Below are positions 37,016 to 49,169 of a stretch of DNA of 64,000 bases, piece by piece; the first letter of the stretch is position 1; each line of letters begins with the position of its first letter. Under the pieces are notes generated by a model. It did no database searches, had not been told where the DNA came from, and was given only the letters and a program-made list of their open reading frames with translations. Source of the stretch: Marsupella aquatica. Lineage: Eukaryota; Plantae; Marchantiophyta. A program made the position numbers and the translations under genes. The stretch lies in the NCBI GenBank assembly GCA_973895155.1, contig OZ316892.1, forward strand, positions 30,448,932-30,512,931, in the 5' to 3' direction.

Positions 37016-38228
37016 ATAGAGTATAATTATGAAACTTTAAAATTTTGCTTTTAATTCCCTTTTTTTCTTCTCTTTATTTAATTTTGCAGTTTTTTGGATT
37101 ATTCAATGGTGCCAAAGGTAAGAAGAGGGGGAGGAATGGAGTGGTGAGGGAGTGAAGAAATAGTAAGAGGGAAAGAGAAAAATTAAAATGCTCCCCTCCC
37201 AATACCATTGTGCGACCACACCTTGACCCCACAAAGCCCCGAGGGGCCATCACCTCGACATCTTTTTTTCTCAATGACATCTTGGCCGACACAACTTCTT
37301 TTGCGCAACCCACGGGTATTGAGCTAGATTCTAGTTCTAGTAATAATAATAATAATAATGGATACCACGCCCACCGACAAGGGAGGGAGCAACAAGCCCA
37401 CCTCCCCGCCACGGCGCCACACATATATGAGGAGGGAGGGAGCTGCTTTTAATAATATAATATTATTATTAGGGTGGGAGAGGTCACCCCGCCCGGCGGC
37501 CCTGTGCGGCTGTGCTAACGACCGTGAGCTGCCCCACGCGTCCCCTATGAAGGAGGTAGCGGCAACCAAGGGAGAGACCAAGGAGACTGAGAGTCAGCAC
37601 CGGTGGAGACGCGATGCGCGACAAAGGAGCAATTATTATGGAGAGACGATCGATGACAAAGGAGCAACAAGGGAGAGGGAAGCAGGGACATCCCGCCGTA
37701 CACAGACCCTACAAACCGACTTCCTGAGATGATCTAGACTCCCTGGAGTTATTTGGGGTGCAAATAGGCCCCGGGGTCCCATCCCTAAAACCAGTAGTAT
37801 ATATAAGGGGACCACCCCCTCTCAAACATCCAAGGTGACATGGTGTTGGAGAGTAATAATAAAGAAGGAAGTCCATTTGCCCCCAACCTCAAAATGTCAA
37901 CTGATCAGGAGCCCGGATAGTGCAGCGGCCTCAGTTGCGAACTCTCATGGCATCATACCATGGCACCATTCACCCAGCTGGTATCTGTTCTTTGGCTCCG
38001 GCCCAACTGAACCCATGCCCTGCTCAACACCACACACCCCCGGTTTTCAGGCTCTCTAGAGTCTTTGTGCAGACACCCTCCACGCTGAAGGGGCACAAAT
38101 ACCCCATAACTGTCCACTAACTGAAAAACAGCAACCGTACACCTTAAACCTAAGCGGACTTTGTCCCTAAATTCAATTTTTGACCCGGGATATGCGGCTC
38201 TCGTGTAGAGCATCTGTTTTGTGCGGCC

Positions 38229-39148
38229 CTGTATATATCTTCTGTATATATCTTCTCTGCACAGCGCGTGCAATGAGGCCGGTCTTCAGGCCATTTTGGG
38301 GTATTTGGGATGCGGGGTGCATGGTCTCCATGTTTAAGAGTTAGACTCCCATAACATTGTTGTTTAAACCTTTACACTCCGGTAGTATTGATTAGGTGAC
38401 TTACGGGGGTACCTTACACTCCCATAACATTGTTGTTTGAACCTTTAGACTCCGGTAGTATTGATTAGGGTGACTTACGGGGGGTACCTTACACTCCCAT
38501 AACATTTCCGATTCAACCTTTAGACTCTGGTAGTATTGATTAGGGTGACTTAAGGGGGGGTACCTTACACTCCCATAACATTGTTGTTTGAACCTTTAGA
38601 CTCCTGTAGTATTGAATAGGGTGAGTTACTGGGGTACCTTACACTCCCATAACATTGTTGTTTGAACCTTTAGACTCCGGTAGTGTTGATTAGGGTGACT
38701 TACAGGGGGGTACCTTACACTCCCATAACACTTCCGATTCAACCTTTAGACTCCGGTAGTGTTGATTAGGGTGACTTACGGGGGGGTACCTTACACTCCC
38801 ATAACATTGTTGTTTGAACCTTTAGACTCCTGTAGTATTGAATAGGGTGAGTTACTGGGGGTACCTTACACTCCCATAACATTGTTGTTTGAACCTTTAG
38901 ACTCCGGTAGTATTGAATAGGGTGAGCTACTGGTATACCTTACGCTCCCATGACATTGTTTTTTAAACCTTTGAAGTCCGGTAGTATTGATTAGGGTGAC
39001 TTCTCGGGGGGTAGGAACTCCCATAACATTTCGATTCAAATCTTTTGACTCTGCTAGTATTGATTAGGGTGAATTACCGGGGGCAGCTTACGCTCCCATA
39101 ACATTTCTGGTTCAACATTTCAAGTTGCAGCTGTAGCATACATGGACT
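38229..39148 (+). mobile_element. Module H1 variant with about 75-bp tandem repeat x11
   Basis: Left end CTGTATATATCTT is duplicated (38229, 38242); cccataaca recurs about every 75 bp from 38348 to about 39096. Confidence 0.7.
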
Positions 39149-40492
39149 CTGGCCTACTTGTTACAATTTGGGAGAGGCTGGAAGGCAGCAGAAGTGGCAG
39201 AACCTAGGAGAAAAGACAATGTGATGAATTGGCCTAATTATGGTTATGTTAGACTAAGTACACGTAGTCAATCTAACCTAAAATGGATCTAGGGAAGCAA
39301 GCCTACCTACCTACTATCAAACAAGTCAGGCAGGCACTCAGCAGCGGGATAACTTTGAATAGTGAGCCAAAGAGAGCAACGACATACAAAGACCAACATA
39401 ATAATTCTAAAATAGGCATGTGGCTGATCGCCACTAGTGTTGGTAGTAAAACGCAAGTGTATAGCCATTAGTTTATCCAGGCCAGGAGTTTAAGGTGAGA
39501 GATGTTGAGGATGGTGCTGCTTGACCCAGAAAATGATATGTACACTATCTTCCTAGGCATGTGGGATTTGTTTTATTATTTAAACCCCGAGGCTCTCTAG
39601 GAGGAGGAAATGTAGAATATGAATTTCGTTTTCTTTTTTCTTTTTATATATAATTCTTGTATGATTGAGTCCGGGTCAAACAGCACCTTGCTTTGCAACA
39701 TGAGTGCCGGAATGCCCTCATCTCAGTCATTAAATGTAAGTGTCAAGATATACTAATTTTTTTGAGTTGCTTTCCCCCCCTAGAGAAATAATATGATCCC
39801 TTAATAGAAACAACCAGGAAAGTGAAAACAGTAGGAGGAAATGTAGGATGTTCAAGTGTTAAGATGTACTAACCTTGTCAAGCCTTTGAGAACCATTAGA
39901 AACAATGGCCAATTCTGCAATTCACTCTCCTTCAACAGTTCACCTTGCTTGTACTGGACCTATAGGCTGACCAAGAATCATACACTGTATTCAGAAAAAT
40001 CAATATGGCATCTGCTGATTTCAATGGTATGCATGGGTTGTGTCATGGCAAACCAAAATGACTTAAAAGATGAGTTTGGACAACATTGAATAATTTGATG
40101 ATTGGAAGTGTTCACACAAATGGAGTGTAATTATGCCCTTGATGAGTTTGGATGCCCACCTAGAATCTTTACAGTTGTATCAAGGGTGATTTACTAGACA
40201 AGGTGAAGTTCTGTGCATATTAATTCTATAGAGTCATACAATGAATGCATACCACTAATCCCACAAGAATAAGACCATTTTCCGGACACCCACACCCACC
40301 CTTGTCCTTTGGGGTTTGCAACTTGTGGTTGGTGCCTCATCATCGAAGTGTTTGTTACTCTCAAGTGTACGTGTGCTGATCATGTCAATTCCACCTTCGA
40401 GTTGATTTATCTGAGTTCTTCCATCTTGCAAACACTCTCCATTTCAATATATCACCCCCATAACAAGTAACAGGCCTTACCTCCTCTCACAC

Positions 40493-41467
40493 CTATATAT
40501 ATTATTCCTGCACTACGGGCGTAGTGCAGTGGCTGTGCGTACGTTTGAATGTTGGTTTACAAGTGGAGTGTGCGGCCGTCTTATGGAGGGTGTGGTCATT
40601 TGTATGTGTGATCTCGTCCGTCCATTCTAGTATCGATGGTCTAGATTCTCTCTTGATTCTCCCATTTTTAGACTAAGTGTTTGGAGGCGAAAGGATTTGA
40701 GTGTGCTGGAACGTTCAGTGTGGGATAACGAGGAGGAATCCGAGGATTGTGCCGGAAGAGAATCTAGTGGTGTGTTGTGTGCTGCGATGCGACGAGAGGT
40801 ATGGTGTGTAATGAAAAGGAAAAGAAGGAGTGTGCGGCCGTCTTATGGAGGGTGTGGTCATTTGTATGTGTGATCTCGTCCGTCCATTCTAGTATCGATG
40901 GTCTAGATTCTCTCTTGATTCTCCCATTTTTAGACTAAGTGTTTGGAGGCGAAAGGATTTGAGTGTGCTGGAACAAGTCTGTTCAGTGTGGGATATCGAG
41001 GAGGAATCCGAGGATTGTGCCGGAAGAGAATCTAGTGGTGTGTTGTGTGCTGCGATGCGACGAGAGGTATGGTGTGTAATGAAAAGGAAAAGAAGGAGTG
41101 TGCGGCCGTCTTATGGAGGGTGTGGTCATTTGTATGTGTGATCTTGTCCATCCATTCTAGTATCGACGGTCTAGATTCTCTCTTGATTCTCCCATTTTTA
41201 GACTAAGTGTTTGGAGGCGAAAGGATTTGAGTGTGCTAGAACAAGTCTGTTCAGTGTGGGATAACGAGGAGGAATCCGAGGATTGTGCCGGAAGAGAATC
41301 TAGTGGTGTGTTGTGTGCTGCGATGCAACGAGAGGTATGGTGTGTAATGAAAAGGAAAAGAAGGAATGTTGCAACAAGAGCTATGGTGTGTAGTGTAAAG
41401 GAAAAGAGTAAGGATGTGCGAATTTGTGATGTTTCAAAGTCGAAGGCGAATTGAGGAGTAAAAAAAA
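40493..41467 (+). mobile_element. Module H4: CTATATATA end + perfect hairpin + about 265-bp tandem repeat x3
   Basis: CTGCACTACG-gg-CGTAGTGCAG at 40508-40529; repeat units start at 40565, 40827 and 41095. Confidence 0.65.
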
Positions 41468-42908
41468 CTGTATATATCTTCTCTGCACAGCGCGTGCAAT
41501 GAGGCCGGTCTTCAGGCCATTTCAGGGTATTTAGGGAGCGCGGTGCATGGTCTCCTACATGCAGTGCACGGTCTCAACGTTTCAACATTTGGACTCCCAC
41601 AACATTATTATTAAAACCTTTAAACTCCGCTAGTATTGATTAGGGTGACTCACGGGTGGTTGTCGTAGGCTCCCATAACATTATTTTTTAAGTGTTCATA
41701 CACCACTAGCATTCATTGTGACTCACTTGTAGTCCCGCACTCCCATAACATTTCCAATAAAAGTCTTTTGCAGCTATAACATTCATGTTGAAACCATTGG
41801 ACTCCGTTAGCATCAAAAGTATCACCATTCAATTAGGTTCGTGAGAAATACAAAGGAAACAAAGCTTGGTCAATGCTTCTAGAATTCCTGTACCAGCCTT
41901 CAATCTGGTTCTTTAATGTGCTCGTCACCTTCAAATCCCCTTCTGCATTATTGTTGGGTCGGTATTTTGGTCGGGAAGCATTGGCCTTCGAGAATTCCTG
42001 TTGCTGGCCTTCAATCTGGTCCTTGACTGTGCTCGCCACCTCCAAATTCCCTTCAATCTGCATCTTGAATCTTGCATCGCTTAGATGGCATACTGACATC
42101 GTCAATAATTGCAGCAAGTGATGGATTAGAGTCATTGTCGGATGCAGTCTTCGAGCGAAGGCGTTTCCGAATGGTTACGGTCTTTATGCTTACTGGTGGC
42201 AGTGCATCATGAATCTTGTGTTGCTTGGATGGCGTACTGACGTTGTCAATAATTGCAGCAAGTGATGGATTCGAGTCGTTGTTGGATGCAGTCTTTGAGC
42301 GAAGGCGTTTCCGAATGGTTGCATTTTTTATGCTTACTGGTGGCAGTGGCGTGGCGTGGTTTCAGGCCGAGTGTGCAGTGATGGAGCTTCTCTTCTGTAC
42401 AACATCCATGGTTGCGGTATTCATGCCTTGCTACTCACCTCCATCTGTGTTGCAACTCCATTCAGACACTCCTAGGACCCAAATTGCCTTCACTGTCCAA
42501 CCCACCATACAAGACTCTTATGTAAAGGCTGTGTCTCACATGCGATGCATGGTATGTCTCCAAGTTTCAGCATATGGACTCCCACAACATTTCTGGTTTA
42601 AGTGGAGGCTCCCATAACATTTCCGGTTAAACTATAGACTCCCATAGCTTTCATGTTGAAACCTTTAAACTCCGTTAGCATCAAATGTGTCACCATTCAA
42701 TTTTGGACGTGGGAAATGAGATACAAATTAAAGAAGACCAGGCTTCCTGATTAGAACTAATTCACTCTGTACAGTTGTGATATATTATTTACTCTCTAGA
42801 CTCAATGCTAATCCACACCCGGGTCTATGCCCGATCCGCCTCAAACTCTTGGGCCCGTAATGCCAGGTGTTGTAATTCAACTTCCTCCCATTGTTGCTGC
42901 TCCTCAAC

Positions 42909-43850
42909 CTACGCCTGCCAAAAAGCTGCCTTCTGCCTTGCCTTATACTCTACCCCTTGGCACACTTGTAGGACCTCACAATCCGGCCGTTCCTTTTGAT
43001 GTGTGGGATGTCGAGTTCCTACTTCACGAATGTTGAATTGTGTTACCAGGTTGTCAAAATAATGGGGCCGTGATGCACAACACGCGGCCGGTAAGTGCCT
43101 GTAGGAGAAGCAAAAACAACACTGACCGCAGATTCCTGCCACGTAGTCGAAGAGGATAGTAGACACCTCGGAGTCACTAAGCCGTTGGGAAAATCTTGAG
43201 TGTGGATTCCACCAGAGCTGAAATGTGATGATGCTCAATACCGGAGGCTAGCTTAGCCCGAGTAAATTTACCCACCGGCGCCTCAATGAACTTGATAAAT
43301 TCATAGTCTATCACCGAGTCGCCCCATTTGATGTAGATAGATTCCAACTGCTTGAAGTCTGGTTGGTTACACGGGTCAAAGTTTGCTTTGTAGTCATTCA
43401 CTACGGCATGTTTGTCAAGTGCCTTGAGAGGAGATCTTTGGAGCAGTTGTCGTTGGATGTCTTCCCCCAAGTTGGCATTGAATTGAACCACAAAGAGAGC
43501 ATTACTTAGGCAGTTCGTCGTGGAGTCCCAACTTAATCTCATTCTCCTGGTTGAAAGCTGACAGCCAATCTTTAGCCTGCCAGGAATTGAATTCCGATTC
43601 AAAGCCTAGTACCACCTTATTCCTAAAAATCTGTTGGCTACCCAGCTGTAGAATCTCCATGGGGGATGCAGAAGATTTCCTCATTGTCGGCCGTGGGAAT
43701 ACTAGGTGGGTTAAGATTCTTTAGGTGGACAGGTCCACTGGAGGTGGCCTCTGTTGCATGGCGGTGGATCACATTTGTAGATTTCAATGAGGTCGGTTTA
43801 GACTTCCACTGCGAGTGGGCGCTGGCCATACCGAGACAAAACTTTTTCAT
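42909..43850 (-). pseudogene. LINE (L1-type) ORF1-like remnant: DUF4283-like region + CCHC zinc knuckle
   Basis: Frameshifted segments ...ALFVVQF...LLQRSPL...DYKANFDP... and I.FDY....CCFCFSYRHLPAAC (C-x2-C-x4-H-x4-C). No EN/RT nearby. Confidence 0.6.
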
Positions 43851-46800
43851 ATTTTTTGATAGAGCGTGAAAGCAGCCTTCAAATTAACTTACTGCCACTT
43901 GTGTCGCATTATAGTTCTAGCTCTCCTGCTATCTTCCTTTGTACCCGTCTCTTCTCTCTTCTGGTTGGAATTGCTGCTCGACTTAGCATTTCCTTCATAT
44001 CCGCGAGCGATGGCGGGCAATTTGCTCTCTGTAGCCACCGTACCGTAATCTATGCAAACCCCAAAAAGCTAACAAACATCCTGCAAATAGACGAATGCCT
44101 ATGGCCTCCCAAGACTGGCCAAGACACAAAAAACTGTTGAGCACCTCACGTCTTGCAATTTTCTTACAAGTTTTTGCTGGAAATCTCTTTCTACGATGAC
44201 AGACCTTCATGGATACTTCTGTTAATCTATGCAATTTCCAAGTGGATAGGAAAAATGAATTCAGGAATATATCAACTATGTATAACAAGTGATTGTGTAA
44301 TTCTGTCAAGCATTTTGTCCATAATTAGCTTCCGATGGCAGTTTGAGTTCAACGAGCATCACAAGTGCACTATCCGGATGGCTTGTATATAATTATGTGC
44401 TTAAATGTGTGGCTGTTCTGATCATTTGCATTGATTAAAGACAAATTTTTCTCCTATCCCCAGTTCTAACTGAAAAACCCGTCATGTTAAAAGTCTGATG
44501 TCATTGGGTCCGAGGAGGAACAAGGAGTAGGGAATGTCGTCAACATGGAGCATAGTAAGTAACAAACCCAAGCCAAGACAAAGTGGGACTGAAAGAGTGC
44601 GTGGCTCTGGGTCTCTGCTCTTCTACCACGACAAACATTTATGTGAGTGCGGGGGTGAAAAAAGATAAGTTCCATGTGTGTTTGCACTTAACTTTTTGGT
44701 TAAATACTCGCTCAACATGAGATTCTAAGTAAAAATAGACATTTGGGCTGTCCGAAACCCCCTTGCGCCTAGTTAATTTTCTTAGGGTGGGTTATCTTTT
44801 CAACTAATCCTGTTAAATCAAAAGAAAACAGGCGCAGGGTTCCTGCCGGCTCAACTCGCACTCATAGTTAAATCTGATAGTTAAAATCACTAATGATCTC
44901 TAGTTAGTGTCCGTCATTTTGCGAGTACTTCACTGGAAAGTTAAGAGCCAAAAATCTTGGAACTTAACTTTTTATAACTTGTTTCACCCTGCCGTCCCGT
45001 GAGTTGTTGTGTGGCGAGGTCAACACACCCACCACAGCAAAACTTTTTAGTTAGCTGCCATTTTGTTTGCTTTCAAGCTCTGAATCGATGCTTTGAGTTT
45101 GGCCCGGGCCATTGACTTGCCCCACCTGCATCGTTTCTCCTTCACATAACTGTTTGCAATTTTTTTTGGCCAATTCCGTGCCTTCATGCAACAGCAGAAT
45201 CGAAGGTAGCTGAGCGAGCCACTTGAAAATTGGCATTGGAATTGTTTGAGTCCTTTGAGCAAGCGTTGTCGCAACACCGGTTAGTCAAATTGATTAATAC
45301 CTCTTCTGCTTCTTGCTCATTTGAGTTACTATGGTTGGAAGTTTCTATCGGGCCCCACAAGAGCTATGGAATAAACCAGAGCACACTACTGATTGGAATG
45401 AGGAAATTGGGATGGGGCTGCCGGCATTATTATCTACAGTATAAGTCTATCCTTCAATTGCTCACGACAACCATTAGAATTGCCACACAAATGCTTGTAA
45501 TGCTTGTAGAGTGTTTGAAGCTCATGAGCTGCAATTCGTGTCTCAGGGGCTGCGCACGCTTGATGGGAGGACTACACCAAAAGTCGGTCGAGACAAAGCT
45601 GATGGTGGTGCACAAGAAGCACTCCAGTTCCAAATTCCAATAGGTGGCGACCCTCACTCCAGCTAATTTAAGTTGCTTTAACTTGGGAAGTGATGTGTAA
45701 TCCAACACTTGCCAATTTGATTTAGTAAATTCAAGTAGCGGAACTGAACGTGCACAATGTTTATACTTTGCGGCAATAGGTGAACATTTATTGTCTGAGC
45801 ACTTTCAGCGATAATTAGGTAGGCCATAACATAGTTAAAAGCTCAAAGTTATTGAGTTGGCAACTGTCCCCACCAAAACCATTGTACGCTCTGTATTACC
45901 AGTTCATTGTGCAATTAAATCTTCTTCTCTGTTGCCAAAGGCAATGAGAATATGAAGTTGGGATAGACACAAACTGTCTCTATTCTTTTTGCAAGCACAA
46001 TACTTCCGTTCGTCCCACGTTCAATGAATTTCTTTGATATGGTTTGTCTAACTAAAGTGGGAACCCACGTCCACGCTTGCTTGCACTTGGCAGCAGCCTG
46101 GGAACAAGTAATTCAAATTGCCGACAGACCCTTCCCTTCTGCACTATGGTTGGGGTGGTATTTTAGTTGGAAAAGATTGGCTTTCTAGAATTCCTGCCGC
46201 CCACCTTCAATCTGGTTCCTTAATGTGCTCTTCACCTTCAAATTCCCTTCTGTGCCATGGTTGGGCTGGTATTATGGTCGGGAAGTATTCATTTGGTCTT
46301 CTAGAATTCCTATTGCCCGTCTGCAATCTGGTTCTTTAATGTGCTCGTCGCTCGTAGGCTCCCATAACATAATTTTCCGGTTAAACCATAGACTCCCATA
46401 ACATTTCCGGTTAAACATTTTTGCAGCAATAGCATTCATGTTGAAACCTTTAATCTCCGTTAGTATCAAAAGTGTCACCATTCAATTTTGGACGTGGGAA
46501 ATGGCTGATTAGCTCCCATAACATTTCCGGTTAAACCGTAGTCGACTCCCATAACATTTCTGGTTAAACATTTTTGCAGCAATAGCATTCATGTCGAAAC
46601 CTTTAAACTACGTTAGTATCAAAAGTGTTACCATTCAATTTTGGATGTGGGAAATGGCTGATTAGAACTAATTCAATGTGTACAGTCGTGATATATAGTG
46701 CGAGGTATTTACAAATGCTGAACAATTACACCTCCGAGGGAGTGCTTAAAATTGACTTGACGTCATCACTTTCTTCAAATTCCCTTCAACGCCATGGTTG

Positions 46801-47464
46801 GGCTGGTATTATAGTTGGGAAGCATTGGCCTTCTAGAATTCCTGTCCGCCTTCAATTTGGTTCCTTAATGTGCTTGCCGCCTTCAAATTCCCTTCTGCAC
46901 CATGGTTGGGATGGTATTATGGTTGAGAAGTATTGGGCTTCTAGAATTCCTATTGCCCGTCTTCAATCTGGTTCCTTAATGTGCTGGTCGCTCGTAGGCT
47001 CCCATAACATTTCCAATTAAACCGTAAACTCCCATAACATTTCTGGTTAAACATTTTTGCAGCAATAGCATTCATGTTGAAACCTTTCAACTCCGTTAGT
47101 ATCAAAAGTGTCACCATTCAAATTTGGACGTGGGAAATGGCTGAGTAGAACTAATTCAATGTGTACAGTCGTGATATATAGTGCGAGGTATTTACAAATG
47201 CTGAACAATTACACCTTCGAGGGAGTGCTCAAAATTGACTTGATGTCATCACTTTCTACGATGACAGACCTTTATGGATACTTTTGTTAATTTGTGCAAT
47301 TTCCAAATGGACAGGAAAAATGAACACAAGAATATATCAACTATACAGTATAACAAGTAATTGTGGAATTCTGTCAAGCAATCTGTCCATATATATAGCT
47401 TCCGATGGCAATTTGAGTTCAACGGGCATCACAAGTGCACTATCCGGATGGCTTGTATATAATT

Positions 47465-48985
47465 ATGTGCTGGGGTAATGCAAATGTCAATGTGCTCCAA
47501 AGGGTATGTTTGTATCAAATTACAATATTTTGAAGGTTGGGGGGTACGAGGGATGGGGTATTCCAAAACTCACAGCCACCATGTGCTGGGGTAATACAAG
47601 TGCCAATGTGCTCCGAAGGGTATGTATATATCAAATTACAGTATTTTGAAGGTTGAGGGGTATGAGGGATGGGGTATTCCAAAATGCACAACCACCATGT
47701 GCTGGGGTCATGCAAATGTCCATGTGCTCGGATGGGTATGTATGTTTCAAATTACAGTATTTTGAAGGTTGGGTGGTACGACGGATGGGGTATTCCAAAA
47801 TGCACAGCCACCATGTGCTGGGGTAATGCAAGTGCCAATGTGCTCCAAAGGGTATCTATATATATCAAATTACAGTATTTTGAAGGTTGGGGGGTACGAC
47901 GGATGGGGTATTCCAAAACTCACAGCCACCATGTGCTGGGGTAATGCAAGTGCCAATGTGCTCCGAAGGGTATGTATATATCAAATTACAGTATTTTGAA
48001 GGTTGAGGGGTATGAGGGATGGGGTATTCCAAAATGCACAGCCACCATGTGCTGGGGTAATGCAAATGTAAATGTGCACCGAAGGGTACGTATGTATCAA
48101 ATTACAGTATTGAAGGTTGGGGGGTACGAGGGATGGGGTATTCCAAAACGCACAGCCACCATGTGCTGGGGTAATGCAAGTGCCAATGTGCTCCGAAGGG
48201 TATGTATATATCAAATTACAGTATTTTGAAGGTTGGGGGGTACGAGGGATGGGGTATTCCAAAATGCATAGTCACCAAGTGCTGGGGTAATGCAAGTGCC
48301 AATGTGCTCTGAAGGGTATGTATGTATCAAATTACAGTATTTTGAAGGTTGAGGTACGAGGGATGGGGTATTCCAAAACGCACAACCACCATGAGGTAAT
48401 GCAAGTGCCAATGTGTTCCAAAGGGTATGTATTATCAAATTACAGTATTTTGAAGGTTGGGGGGTACGAGGGATGGGGTTTTCCAAAACCCACAGCCACC
48501 ATGTTCTGGGGTAATGCAAAACAATGTCAATGTGCACCGAAGGGTATGTATGTATCAAATTACAGTATTTTGAAGGTTGGGGGTATGAGGGATGGGGTAT
48601 TCCAAAATGCACAGCCACCATGTGTTGGGGTAATGCAAATGTCAATGTGCACCGAAGGGTATGTATGTATCAAATTACAGTATTGAAGGTTGGGGGTACC
48701 AGGGATGGGGTATTCCAAAATGCACAGCCACCATGTGCTGGGGTAATGCAAATGCCCATGTGCTCGGATGGGTATGTATGTTTCAAATTACAGTATTTTA
48801 AAAGTTGGGTGGTACAAGGGATGGGGTATCCCAAAATGCCCAGCCAACATGTGCTGGGGTAATGCAAAATAATGTCAATGTGCACCGAAGGGTATGTATG
48901 TATCAAATTACAGTACTTTGAAGGTTGGGGGTACGAGGGATGGGGTATTCTATAACGCACAGCCACAGTGTGCTCGGGTAATGCA
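47465..48985. repeat. About 116-bp tandem repeat x13
   Basis: gctggggtaatgcaa...tcaaattacagtattttgaaggttgggggg...ttccaaaa.gcacagccaccatgt recurs about every 116 bp. Confidence 0.95.
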
Positions 48986-49169
48986 GAAGGACTGTACAAC
49001 GCCCTTTACCCGAGCACCAACTGTGCACAACTTTGGTGCTTATGGGGTGCTGACAATATAGGAGCATTTTAGTTCGCATCTTCCGGATTCCAGAAAGGTT
49101 GGCAGTGACTTGGACAAGACGCTTCATAACAAAGGGAACGTTTCTTCACAACAAGGAGTTTAAGTTTAA

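Larger units (their letters stand above)
41468..48985 (+). mobile_element. Long module H1 copy with captured sequence and internal duplications
   Basis: H1 left end at 41468. H1 sub-repeats (ctcccataacatt, ttctagaattcctg...caatctggttccttaatgtgc) recur at 42570-42720 and 46130-47150; 44188-44400 is duplicated at 47250-47470. Right boundary uncertain. Confidence 0.45.

Noticed and set aside
37050-37855. Possible LTR with TATATAAGGGG and CA|TGG primer-binding-site-like junction
   Set aside because: No second LTR, TSD or convincing tRNA complement; cannot be supported.
38340-39110. CRISPR-like array (also 20840-21967 and 47465-48985)
   Set aside because: Units repeat along their whole length with no unique spacers, and there are no cas genes; these are tandem satellites in a eukaryotic context.
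47465-48985. 5S rDNA or tRNA array, suggested by the 116-121 bp unit size
   Set aside because: No recognisable 5S sequence, A/B/C boxes or cloverleaf.
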